From an uncultured Gammaproteobacteria bacterium (GTDB taxonomy: Bacteria > Patescibacteriota > Patescibacteriia > Magasanikbacterales > JBBTQS01): a stretch of 64,000 nucleotides of DNA. Location of the stretch: contig CAZVGV010000001.1 in NCBI GenBank assembly GCA_964627055.1, positions 19,620-83,619 on the forward strand, written 5' to 3'. This document shows positions 47,356 to 56,420 of this stretch, one piece after another. The stretch's first letter is position 1; every line of letters starts with the position of its first letter. Made by a program: the position numbers and the translations under genes. The notes below the pieces were generated by a model. It saw nothing but the letters and a program-made list of their open reading frames with translations, searched no databases and was not told the origin of the DNA.

Positions 47356-47973
47356 CTATGGAACGTATACCTCTTTGACCTGCACCACAGAGCCACGGAG
47401 CAACGTTAATCTGACAGGCATGATGCCATGCTTTTGGCGTATTGCCGGATCAGTGGAGATGTCGATAAAAAAATCCAGATCAGATTGGTCGAACATTCGC
47501 TTCGGAAGCGTGCCAGCGTAGAGCTCGGTCTCTATAAATCGCATTCCGCTTGCCAAGGGAAGCTCAATAGTCGCTGGGCTGTTATTGCGAATGTAGAAAC
47601 CACTTGGCGCACAAGAAAGTGGCTCAGGCGTACCTGCGGTTTCACACACGCCGTCTTCGATCATGGCAGTATCTGCCGTGTCTCCATCAAACCACTGAGC
47701 TACATCCAAGATAAGATGTGGTTGACCAGTACTTGTGCTTACTCCCATAACAAAACCAAAAGGTGCTGTAGAATCAAATGTCTCGATTACGCCTGCCACC
47801 TCTTCGGTTTCAACTGATGACTCTTCTATGACAATGGGCACGGTCGTTGTTGAGGTTGTACTCGCAGACGGGGTCGTTGTCACTGTACCCGTATGTTTCA
47901 ATGAAATGATGGCGCCGGTAAGGACAAACGTGAGGAAAAGACAGAGCACTACAAGGAGTTGAGTAGGTTTCAT
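47356..47973 (-). CDS. Membrane-anchored hypothetical protein
   Basis: N-terminal TM helix, Thr-rich linker, YIRN motif. Confidence 0.7.
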   Translation of the reverse strand: MKPTQLLVVLCLFLTFVLTGAIISLKHTGTVTTTPSASTTSTTTVPIVIEESSVETEEVAGVIETFDSTAPFGFVMGVSTSTGQPHLILDVAQWFDGDTADTAMIEDGVCETAGTPEPLSCAPSGFYIRNNSPATIELPLASGMRFIETELYAGTLPKRMFDQSDLDFFIDISTDPAIRQKHGIMPVRLTLLRGSVVQVKEVYVP

Positions 47974-47985
47974 ACGTTGCGTAAA

Positions 47986-48501
47986 CTAGTGCATCTCAGT
48001 GTTTTTGATTTTGGTAATGAGTGGCTCTTGTTCGATGCGCAACATGAACTGCTCAGTGAGTCTGGTATCAAAAGTCATGTGGTGCGGACGGTGTGATGAT
48101 GCGATCGCAATACCGCGAGCTTCGAGTGCTGCGACAATTCGCGGTACATTTCCGTCAGATGGATACACTTCAACGTGATCGAAGCCTCGTAACTGGCTGA
48201 GATCTGGTTTCTGATCAGACAATTCGATGTATTCTATTGGTCCGCATGCAGATTGCAGCGGAATAGTCAGCCTGCAAATCGCGATTCGACGTTGCGAGAT
48301 GATGGATTGATAGAGAAATGCTGAACGACCCTCTAGAAGTGTGCGCATTGCCTCAAATTCTGCCGTGGTTGAACACTTGAATCCAAGATGGTCGGCTCGG
48401 ACATCTTGCGTTGTGTTGTTTGTAATGACGAACCTGTCTAATTCCTGCAGAACCTCTTGTGCATCTTGGAGAATGTCAGTCCATGAAGGGGTATAGAGCA
48501 T
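47986..48501 (-). CDS. YecM-like VOC family protein
   Basis: ADHLGFKC, IISQRRIAI, IELSDQK, GFDHVEV. Confidence 0.8.
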   Translation of the reverse strand: MLYTPSWTDILQDAQEVLQELDRFVITNNTTQDVRADHLGFKCSTTAEFEAMRTLLEGRSAFLYQSIISQRRIAICRLTIPLQSACGPIEYIELSDQKPDLSQLRGFDHVEVYPSDGNVPRIVAALEARGIAIASSHRPHHMTFDTRLTEQFMLRIEQEPLITKIKNTEMH

Positions 48502-48529
48502 ATGCCTCTAGTGTAGCACGCACAGAGAA

Positions 48530-49018
48530 CTATTGCTCAGTTGGTTGTTCAGAAATTGTAAGGATTTTGCCGCTGGTATCGAGGGAGAGAATAACTTCAA
48601 GGGTATAAGGTGATGAGGTGCGATATACAAGATCGCGAAATGATTGGAGCGTCATTGATTCGTCGAAGTGTGGTCCGTGATCAGGAGTGGTTGCGTAGCT
48701 GCCGTCCGGGGAGCGTTCATAGATTTGCAGGTCCACAGAAGAGGCGAGGGGGTACCATACTACAGCACGAGTCCCGTCAGTGGGTTCGATACCCAATTGT
48801 AGGACATCTCCAACTTCTTGTATCTCGTAAACAAAGCCACGCACGGAACTGAGCTGCACAAGTGTGCTTGTGGACTGTGTTGTTGTTTGTGGTAGTTCTG
48901 CCAGCGTCATTTGCTGTCTGGTTTGTGGAGAATCAAACCGTGGCGTGGAGATCCCGAAGTACACTCCAACTCCAACGAGCAAAAACAAAAGAGATATCGT
49001 AATCATTCGTATAACCAT
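48530..49018 (-). CDS. Membrane-anchored hypothetical protein, probable paralog of 47356-47973
   Basis: N-terminal TM helix; shares GFV..., PLAS and the C-terminal LxLxxGxVxxIxE pattern. Confidence 0.65.
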   Translation of the reverse strand: MVIRMITISLLFLLVGVGVYFGISTPRFDSPQTRQQMTLAELPQTTTQSTSTLVQLSSVRGFVYEIQEVGDVLQLGIEPTDGTRAVVWYPLASSVDLQIYERSPDGSYATTPDHGPHFDESMTLQSFRDLVYRTSSPYTLEVILSLDTSGKILTISEQPTEQ

Positions 49019-49058
49019 AGTACGGCCAGTATAGCGTATTCGTGGTAAGGCCGCACTG

Positions 49059-49107
49059 TTGACAGTGCAAATGATTTGCAGTAGTATCTATTTGCAGTTC
49101 AGTTGCA
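49059..49107 (+). promoter_or_regulatory. sigma70 promoter with two 15-bp TGCA-N7-TGCA palindromes (putative Fur/Zur-family boxes)
   Basis: TTGACA-17-TAGTAT; TGCAAATGATTTGCA (49066-49080) in the spacer and TGCAGTTCAGTTGCA (49093-49107) over the expected start site. Confidence 0.7.
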
Positions 49108-49167
49108 ATACAGTTTCCGCTGTGAAAGCGGGGCTGCAATGGTTCGTAAAGATATTCTATTCGTGAT

Positions 49168-50139
49168 ATGCAAATTGCATTTGTAGGTAAGGGTGGTTCG
49201 GGTAAGACGACGCTTTGTACGTTGTTTATTCGATCGCTATTGGCAACAGGGAAGCAGGTGCTGGCACTTGATGCGGATATTAACATGCATCTCGCCCAGG
49301 CCTTGGGCGTTCCAGGTACGTCGAGCAAAGCATTGTCTTCACCGGACAATGCAGTCTTCGTGCGGGAGTATCTTCGGGGTACCAATCCGCGCATTCCATC
49401 AGCAGAAGCCTTCCTCAAGACGACGCCTCCAGGTCGAGGGTCGCGGAGTGTTCGTGTAGAAGGCGCACACCCGATTATTCTTGCGCTTGGTACCGCATTT
49501 GACTCCAATGGCTGGCTGTTGCATGTAGGTACATACGAAAAAGAGGATATTGGCACAAGTTGTTACCACGGAAATCTATCGGTGGCAGAAAATCTGTTGT
49601 CGCATGCGGTGACCGATGCCGAACACTGGGTGGTCACTGATATGGTTGCTGGCACTGATGCGTTTTCAAATACGCTTCATGCACAATTTGACCATATTTT
49701 CCTGGTAGTTGAGCCAACCCCAGAAGGCGTTGGGGTGTTTCGGCAATATAAGGAATTGGCAATGGAGGCGCAGGTTTGGGATCGAATCTCAGTTATTGGC
49801 AACAAGATAGAGACACCAGAAGATGCAGCGTATCTCAAGCAACATGTTGGTGATGCGCTTGTTGCATGTGTGCCGGCACTTCGTGCAATTCGGAGTGCTC
49901 GGCAAAATGATGAACTGCTCTTTCCAGAAGCACTTGGCTTGTTAGGATTGTACGCAGATCTTATTGCACGTGTTGCAGCTACGGCAACACATAAGGATAG
50001 TAAGCTGCCACGCCTTTATGAACTCCATCGTGCATACGCGAGCCAACCGTACGCGCAAAAAATGTTTGGAGACCTCGTGGGGCAGATCGATGACGCGTTC
50101 TCGTACGACTCCTTTGCTCCGTACTATGCTACGCGTTAG
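49168..50139 (+). CDS. CooC/MinD-type P-loop ATPase
   Basis: GKGGSGKTT deviant Walker A, DADIN, SCYH, VTDMVAG, GNK. Confidence 0.85.
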   Translation: MQIAFVGKGGSGKTTLCTLFIRSLLATGKQVLALDADINMHLAQALGVPGTSSKALSSPDNAVFVREYLRGTNPRIPSAEAFLKTTPPGRGSRSVRVEGAHPIILALGTAFDSNGWLLHVGTYEKEDIGTSCYHGNLSVAENLLSHAVTDAEHWVVTDMVAGTDAFSNTLHAQFDHIFLVVEPTPEGVGVFRQYKELAMEAQVWDRISVIGNKIETPEDAAYLKQHVGDALVACVPALRAIRSARQNDELLFPEALGLLGLYADLIARVAATATHKDSKLPRLYELHRAYASQPYAQKMFGDLVGQIDDAFSYDSFAPYYATR

Positions 50140-51556
50140 ACCGGCACTTCACACACATGTCTCGACACTACTAGCTCAGCAGCCATCATTGTTGGAGGAG
50201 TTGGTTCATGGGATGGGTTCGCCATTGAATGTGGTTTTTCCTACCCACGTACAACAGACAGTCGCATCGTTTGATTCGGTACTCCGAGAAGAGGGTGTGG
50301 AAGGTGCGGTGTATGTTTCACACAAGCCGAATCGCTCAGTAGCAGTGAAGCGACAGCTCGCAACAATACATGCCGGTGCTGACGTGTCATCGCATGAGGA
50401 GTTGGTACAAGCGTTGGCGGCGGGGTATACAGGAGATCGTATTATCGCAACCGGGATCAAGAACGCCTCGTACATTCGATTAGCACTCGAGCATCGTGTA
50501 ACACTTATTGCGGATAGTATTGATGAGATTGTGCGTATTGCAGCAGCTGCGCGGGAGCGTGAATATGTGGGGTCTGTGTTGATTCGGTTGAATCATTTCT
50601 CCTCACCTCATGTTCGAATGCAGTCCCAGGAAACGCGATTCGGTATACGTGTGGAGGAAGTCACATCGGCGATTGCTGTATTGGTTAGGGAGCAGCGGTA
50701 CGTACGATTTGTTGGTTTTGCATTTCATTTCTCCAAACCAACCGCACAGGAGCGTATCGCTGCAGTAGAGCAAACTCTTGCGGCGCATATGGAGGCGGTT
50801 GCGGAAGGGTTGAGTCCGACAGTTATCGATATTGGTGGAGGTTTTCCAGTGGCGATGGCTGCTTCTGTTGAGGAATGGAATACGTATACCACTGCACTCA
50901 AACAGTCGGTCATACGTCCAGAGATCTCATTGACGTGGAATGATCATGGATTGGGGTATCGTCGTGATGCATCGGGCGCACTGGCAGGCGGTCCTGTGTT
51001 TGAAGAACAAGTGCCAGATCGGATTGGAGCAGAGGATTTGCGAGCAACATTGCGCTTGGCATTACCGTCATTTCAAGAGCAATCTGTAGCAGATGTCCTG
51101 CGAGATTTGATGCTCACGATTTGGGTTGAACCAGGTCGTGCAATATTCGATCAAGTGGGTTGTACTGTTGCACGAGTTTTGGATGTGAAGCATTCCGCGC
51201 ATGGTGAAACAGTCGTGGTATTGGATATGAATTATTCGAATCTGAATGCGACTGAATTTACGTATATGGTTGATCCATTGTTTGTTGGATCTCAATCATC
51301 GGATCAGACGGATGCGCCAACAGGCATGTACTTCGCGGGCAATTTATGTCTGAGTGACATGATCATTCGGCGTAAGGTATTTATGTCACGCGTGCCGAGA
51401 CCGGGGGAGCTCATGCTGTTTGCTAACACTGCAGCGTATCGTATGGACTTTGTGGAGAGCTCTGTGTTGCTACAACCTACTGCAGCAAAGGTTGCGATGT
51501 GGCCTGACGGCACACAGTGGCGATGGTGCATAGATAGTAAGTATGAACCGAAATAA
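50126..51556 (+). CDS. Y4yA-like fold-III PLP enzyme (DAP/ornithine decarboxylase family)
   Basis: SHKPN PLP lysine, TRFG, FHF, DIGGGF, EPGRA, GNLC, NTAAYRMDF; overlaps the upstream stop codon. Confidence 0.85.
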   Translation: MLRVRPALHTHVSTLLAQQPSLLEELVHGMGSPLNVVFPTHVQQTVASFDSVLREEGVEGAVYVSHKPNRSVAVKRQLATIHAGADVSSHEELVQALAAGYTGDRIIATGIKNASYIRLALEHRVTLIADSIDEIVRIAAAAREREYVGSVLIRLNHFSSPHVRMQSQETRFGIRVEEVTSAIAVLVREQRYVRFVGFAFHFSKPTAQERIAAVEQTLAAHMEAVAEGLSPTVIDIGGGFPVAMAASVEEWNTYTTALKQSVIRPEISLTWNDHGLGYRRDASGALAGGPVFEEQVPDRIGAEDLRATLRLALPSFQEQSVADVLRDLMLTIWVEPGRAIFDQVGCTVARVLDVKHSAHGETVVVLDMNYSNLNATEFTYMVDPLFVGSQSSDQTDAPTGMYFAGNLCLSDMIIRRKVFMSRVPRPGELMLFANTAAYRMDFVESSVLLQPTAAKVAMWPDGTQWRWCIDSKYEPK

Positions 51557-51561
51557 CAGGT

Positions 51562-52887
51562 ATGATCTATCGAAAAATTACCGAGGGAATAGGGAACACA
51601 CCACTCTTGTGGATTGATCCAGCAGTTCATGGGTTGCGTAACGTAGATGTGTACGCGAAGTTGGAGTACATGAATCCTTTTGGTTCTGTAAAGGATCGAA
51701 TTGCTTGGGGAATCGTGGCGCCAGACATTGCATCAATACAGGAAAAGAAACAGACAATTATTGAGATGTCGAGTGGCAACACAGCGAAGGCGCTTCAGGC
51801 GGTTGCGTCCATTCATGGTGTTTCGTTCAAGACCATTACAAATCGCATTAAGGTGCCTGAGCAGAAGGCGATTCTTCGTATGCTTGGTGCACACATCGAA
51901 GAATTGCCCGGGACAACTGACTGCTATGATCCTTCAGATCCCAATGATCCGTACGTGTATATCCAGCGCGAGATTGCGAGTGCAGGGGATGCTGCGTACT
52001 TTACGTCGCAATACACCAATGAACGGAATTTGGAGACGCACTACGCAACTACAGGCGAAGAGATTCTGCGTGACGTCCCTGTGGTGGATTATTTTTTTGG
52101 TGGTGTTGGAACCAGCGGATCTACGCGCGGTGTAGCACAGAAGCTACTGGAGCGAAATCCAAACCTCAAGACTGTTGGTATCGCAGCATCCAAACACGAC
52201 TTCATCCCCGGGATTCGAAATCAGGACGAACTCATGGAAGTGGGGCTGTTTGATCCGGCATTCTACGCACAAATGCAAATGGTTCGCTCGTCAGATGCTG
52301 TCGATCGAACTCTTGAATTGGTCCGAGGTACCGGTATGATGTGCGGCCCAACCACTGGAGCGTGCTATGAAGGCATGCTTTCCTATCTGCGTCCGATTGA
52401 TGCAACGCTGACGGAGCGAAAGGTGGCGGTGTTCATTGCGTGTGACCGATTGGAGTGGTATGTCTCGTATGTGAGAGAGCGCCGACCGGATATCTTTCAG
52501 GAAGCAGCACCAAAACAAAGTATCCATGCACTTTCAGATGAACAAATCGCGGGAGCAAATGTGCTCATGCCAGAACAGGCGCTTGAGTGGATCGGGACAC
52601 ACCATCCATTGATCATCGATATTCGAGGGCACCAAGCGTACCATTTACTGCATATTCGGGATTCGTTGAACTTGCCAGATGCTCATCTGCGGCCGCTTAT
52701 TGAGAATGGTGATCCGTTCCCGAAGGAGCGTCCGTTGTTGTTGGTATGCCCACGTGGTGAACGATCGCGTGTGTATGCTGCGTATCTTGCTACGCGAGGG
52801 TACAATGCATTCTCGCTACAGGGCGGCTTGTATGGGTGGAAAGATACAGGATTGCCACTACACACGCTTACCTATTGTGCCGTATAG
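51562..52887 (+). CDS. Cysteine synthase-family (fold-II PLP) enzyme fused to a rhodanese domain
   Basis: IGNTPL, NPFGSVKDR, SSGNT, GVGTSGS; C-terminal IIDIR...CPRGERS...LQGGLYGW. Confidence 0.9.
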   Translation: MIYRKITEGIGNTPLLWIDPAVHGLRNVDVYAKLEYMNPFGSVKDRIAWGIVAPDIASIQEKKQTIIEMSSGNTAKALQAVASIHGVSFKTITNRIKVPEQKAILRMLGAHIEELPGTTDCYDPSDPNDPYVYIQREIASAGDAAYFTSQYTNERNLETHYATTGEEILRDVPVVDYFFGGVGTSGSTRGVAQKLLERNPNLKTVGIAASKHDFIPGIRNQDELMEVGLFDPAFYAQMQMVRSSDAVDRTLELVRGTGMMCGPTTGACYEGMLSYLRPIDATLTERKVAVFIACDRLEWYVSYVRERRPDIFQEAAPKQSIHALSDEQIAGANVLMPEQALEWIGTHHPLIIDIRGHQAYHLLHIRDSLNLPDAHLRPLIENGDPFPKERPLLLVCPRGERSRVYAAYLATRGYNAFSLQGGLYGWKDTGLPLHTLTYCAV

Positions 52888-52925
52888 GTGGACGTACCAG
52901 AGCACTCAGGGTATACTGGCGCCGT

Positions 52926-53309
52926 ATGGCAAGCATTATTGAGCATGTGAAGGAGTCCGGTGCCAAGCTCACTGGTCCACGCCGTGAGATTATCGAGTAC
53001 ATCGAGAATCTCGACGGCATTTTTGCTGCTGCGCAGATCGCGAAGGCGCTCAAGCCGATCGATACGGTTTCGGTGTACCGCACACTGCAGTTGCTCAAGG
53101 ACATCGACATGATCCACCCGAGCATTGTATTCGAAGGCGAACAGTATTATGAATTGCACGGACACGAAGATCATCATCATCACGCCGTATGCACGAGCTG
53201 CCGCGAGGCGCGGTGTGTTGAATGCAAGATCTCTGTTTCCAAATTAAGAGGGTTTACGGTAAACGACCACAATCTGGTGCTCACTGGATTGTGCAATTCC
53301 TGCAAATAG
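52926..53309 (+). CDS. Fur family transcriptional regulator (Zur-like)
   Basis: KLTGPRREI, SVYRTL, HHHHAVCTSC, GLCNSC. Confidence 0.9.
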   Translation: MASIIEHVKESGAKLTGPRREIIEYIENLDGIFAAAQIAKALKPIDTVSVYRTLQLLKDIDMIHPSIVFEGEQYYELHGHEDHHHHAVCTSCREARCVECKISVSKLRGFTVNDHNLVLTGLCNSCK

Positions 53310-53379
53310 TTGCAGATTCCGGTAGGTGTGGTAGAGTCGTCGCGGTTTCGGCATGCAACGCCGAAAAAGGAGAACCACC

Positions 53380-53601
53380 ATGGTATTCAAACAAGGAAAT
53401 CGGGTCAAGGTTCAGCCGAGGTGCTGCTTCGATGGACCGCCTGGTCTCGATCCGGTTCTGGTCAGGAACCGTGACCTTGGTGACGTTGAGGGCAACTACC
53501 TCGATCGTCTCAGCACCGCACCCGACTACCACATCGTGATCACCGTCGGTGGGAAACGCGCGGTATATCACACGACGGAACTCACGCACGCACACCCATG
53601 A
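53380..53601 (+). CDS. 73-aa hypothetical protein (SH3/KOW-like beta pattern)
   Basis: AAAGGAGA SD; FKQGNRVKV...YHTTEL; terminator at ~53632-53672. Confidence 0.6.
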   Translation: MVFKQGNRVKVQPRCCFDGPPGLDPVLVRNRDLGDVEGNYLDRLSTAPDYHIVITVGGKRAVYHTTELTHAHP

Positions 53602-53688
53602 CAACTGGGCGTGAGTCGGCAGACACACGAAACGGCCTGCAGCGGTAAACCCACTGCAGGCCGTCGTCTTTTCAAATGGAAATAAGAA

Positions 53689-54888
53689 CTACTTGATCAC
53701 GACTTTGCCCAAGAACTGTTCGATGAATGGAACGCTTGGGAATTTGCCCATATCGATTTCATCCTTGTCAGCCTTGCGGATGGAATGTGGTGTATGGAAG
53801 TAGAATCCAACAAGGTTGTTCGAAGAAGGTGACTTCGTGAATGCGAAGGAGAGTAACTTCCATTCAACGGTCTTGCCCTTATTCCCAGTGCAGGACCGAT
53901 AGAACGTCAGGAACGTGTATGCCTGGCCATTGTAGGTTGCTTCGTTGACAGTTGGCTCGCTCACCCCGCAAACACGATCACGATACTTCTTGAATGCGCC
54001 TTCTGACTCTGTCTTCATGTTCTTGTAGAAGAGATCAGCGAATTCAGCCGCGGTCATTGCGCGGTCGTCTTCGTCTGCACTTTCGAATCCTTCAATGTGC
54101 TTGATGTTCACCGTCTGTGCCTTGGGGTTTGCGGTTTCGATCTCACGAGTTTTGCCACCACTGCTCAATGCTGCAACCCAAGCATTAGGGATCTTGAGGA
54201 GCCCCTTGCCGTTGTCGTCGAGTACGCCAAACGGTCGAACGGGGAGGGAGACTGATGCGATGCTTGGTGTGCGCTTCGCAATGAAGGCTGCATTCTTTTC
54301 GTCGTAGAACATCCATCCGTCAGCGTCTACGCGAGTGATATCTTGCATTTCTTTGCGGCAATTGTAACGAGCAGATGCCTCGTAGGATCCGTTAAATGAG
54401 TATGTATACCCGGCACGGAATCCTTCGTCGTAGAATTTATTGCCTGCACCAGCTCCGCGAGGCTTGTCATTGAAAATCTGAATGATCTGTGCGAGGTCGT
54501 TCTTGGCAATGTCATAGCCAGTGAACCAGCCGCGATCATAGTTCTTGCCTTTGCTGCCGATGATAATGCGAGAATTGTCGAGGCAGGCAAGTGGGAGCTT
54601 CGCATCTGTCATGACACGGAATCGATAGGCTCCTGTGCCAGTAGGTTCTTTAAACTTATCTGCGCCGTAGTAGCCTTGTAGCACGATTCCTTCTGGTGCT
54701 GGAAACTTGCCTTTGTAATTCGCTTCCTTGAATGATTTGACAGTGATGCCTTTGTTGAGGACGCGCGCTTCTCCTGGCCGAACCGGATTAGGTGCTGCAG
54801 CTGGTGCGGCGAACGCAACCATCGATGGAGCCATGAGCGCAACGGTAAGTGCACCAACAGCAATCACCGAAGCTGATCGTGTATGCAT
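53689..54888 (-). CDS. Secreted hypothetical protein
   Basis: Signal peptide ending AFA; 399 aa. Confidence 0.75.
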   Translation of the reverse strand: MHTRSASVIAVGALTVALMAPSMVAFAAPAAAPNPVRPGEARVLNKGITVKSFKEANYKGKFPAPEGIVLQGYYGADKFKEPTGTGAYRFRVMTDAKLPLACLDNSRIIIGSKGKNYDRGWFTGYDIAKNDLAQIIQIFNDKPRGAGAGNKFYDEGFRAGYTYSFNGSYEASARYNCRKEMQDITRVDADGWMFYDEKNAAFIAKRTPSIASVSLPVRPFGVLDDNGKGLLKIPNAWVAALSSGGKTREIETANPKAQTVNIKHIEGFESADEDDRAMTAAEFADLFYKNMKTESEGAFKKYRDRVCGVSEPTVNEATYNGQAYTFLTFYRSCTGNKGKTVEWKLLSFAFTKSPSSNNLVGFYFHTPHSIRKADKDEIDMGKFPSVPFIEQFLGKVVIK

Positions 54889-54898
54889 AGAAAAAAAG

Positions 54899-55423
54899 TT
54901 ATGCGTTTAGTATAGCACGTGGTGCTGTTTCGACTCTATATTCTGCGATGCGATGTTGATCATCAAAACCAAAATCGTACCACAGTGGCTCGTGTGAGCT
55001 CCGCATGCCGGTGAAAAAGTACGGGATGTTCTCGACGATAGTTGTGTTGGTATGGTCCATTGCGAAGCTCACGGGGTGCCACTGCAATTTGCCCTCGCGC
55101 ATGTCGTGTGATTCGAACGGTCGCTGCCATGTGTCTGGGAAGGTAAACGCAAACACGTGCATGCCACCTTCAGGCTGCGCATCTTTTGGGTGCCATGTCA
55201 CGATACCCAGTTCGCGACAGTGTGCTTGGGCGGTGTCGAACCCGGTCTCTTCACAGGTTTCGCGCTGTGCGCATTGTGCAGGTGTCTCGCCAGGTTCGAT
55301 TTTGCCACCGACGCCGTTCCAATGATTGAGATTTGGCTCTTTTGCACGCAATAACAAGAGGATGTCACCGCGGTGGAGGCAAAAGCAAAGGGTGTATTTG
55401 CGTGCGGGGAGCGGGGTACTCAT
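54899..55423 (-). CDS. Nudix hydrolase (8-oxo-dGTP diphosphatase-like)
   Basis: WNGVGGKIEPGETPAQCAQRETCEETG Nudix box; REGKLQW. Confidence 0.9.
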   Translation of the reverse strand: MSTPLPARKYTLCFCLHRGDILLLLRAKEPNLNHWNGVGGKIEPGETPAQCAQRETCEETGFDTAQAHCRELGIVTWHPKDAQPEGGMHVFAFTFPDTWQRPFESHDMREGKLQWHPVSFAMDHTNTTIVENIPYFFTGMRSSHEPLWYDFGFDDQHRIAEYRVETAPRAILNA

Positions 55424-55424
55424 G

Positions 55425-55949
55425 TTATCCAAGCTTTTGTGCGAACCAGATGAGTTCATCTGCAAACTCGGTGATGCGCTTGTGGTAGCGGTCGGCATCT
55501 GCGGGGAGTCCAGCCTCGTCGAAGAGGGTTTCGACATTCGGGAACTGCACTGCTTTTTTGATCACAACCATGCCGAGGTCGATGAGTACTGGCTTGATGT
55601 GATCAGCCATGCGCACGCCTCCGAAGGAGCCACTGGATACACTGCAGATGCCGACAGGTTTGTGTCGATATTCTTCATCGAGCGAGTCAATGAGAATTTT
55701 GAGTTCGCCTGGGAAGCTGTGGTTATATTCGGGACTCACAATAATGAAGCCGTCAGCCTTGGCAGCGATGGATTGCCATGGTGCAACGTCGCCACCTTCA
55801 GTTGCACCAAAGAGGTGATCGCGCACATCGACAAATTCGACAGTGAGGTCGGATCGGTTTTGGAGGTGCGCAAAAACGAATTTCGCTACTTTTTCGGACT
55901 GTCTGCCGACACGGGCTGTGCCGAGCACGAGTGCTAGGTGTGGTGTCAT
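55425..55949 (-). CDS. NADPH-dependent FMN reductase
   Basis: GTARVGRQS, SPEYNHSFPGELK, SGSFGGVR. Confidence 0.9.
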   Translation of the reverse strand: MTPHLALVLGTARVGRQSEKVAKFVFAHLQNRSDLTVEFVDVRDHLFGATEGGDVAPWQSIAAKADGFIIVSPEYNHSFPGELKILIDSLDEEYRHKPVGICSVSSGSFGGVRMADHIKPVLIDLGMVVIKKAVQFPNVETLFDEAGLPADADRYHKRITEFADELIWFAQKLG

Positions 55950-56002
55950 AGAATAATATGGAGAGTTGCTCGTGTATTGAGCATATAGTAGTGTACCATT
56001 AT

Positions 56003-56419
56003 ATGAAAATAGCACTCTGTCACAGCATGCAGTACGCGGAGAAAGCGCTCGAAGTCGCTGACTGGTTCGCAAGCCAGGGGCACGAGGCATTCCCATCCAG
56101 CTTTTCTACACAATACGTGGGGCTTACGGATGAGGAAAAGGAAGTTCTCAAGCTTGAACATAAGTACCATCATGACGCGATGCGTGAGCATTGGAACGTC
56201 ATTGAGAAGTGTGATCGTGTGTTGGTCCTCAATTACGAGAAGCATGGCATCGCGGGGTATATTGGGGGTAATGCATTTTTGGAGATGGGGTTTGCGTATA
56301 TTCTGCGCAAGCCGATGTACCTCTTCAATCGTATTCCAGAAATGCCGTATTATCAGACTGAGATTATCGCCATGGCACCGATCGTAGTGCATGGAGACCT
56401 TGCTAAAGTACTGCAGTAG
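56003..56419 (+). CDS. Nucleoside 2-deoxyribosyltransferase-like protein
   Basis: CDRVLVLN...GYIGGNAFLEMGFAY..KP catalytic Glu motif. Confidence 0.7.
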   Translation: MKIALCHSMQYAEKALEVADWFASQGHEAFPSSFSTQYVGLTDEEKEVLKLEHKYHHDAMREHWNVIEKCDRVLVLNYEKHGIAGYIGGNAFLEMGFAYILRKPMYLFNRIPEMPYYQTEIIAMAPIVVHGDLAKVLQ

Positions 56420-56420
56420 T

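Noticed and set aside
53301-53314. Third Fur-type box TGCAAATAGTTGCA at the end of the fur gene
   Set aside because: 14 bp rather than 15 (spacing off by one) and overlaps the stop codon; likely coincidental
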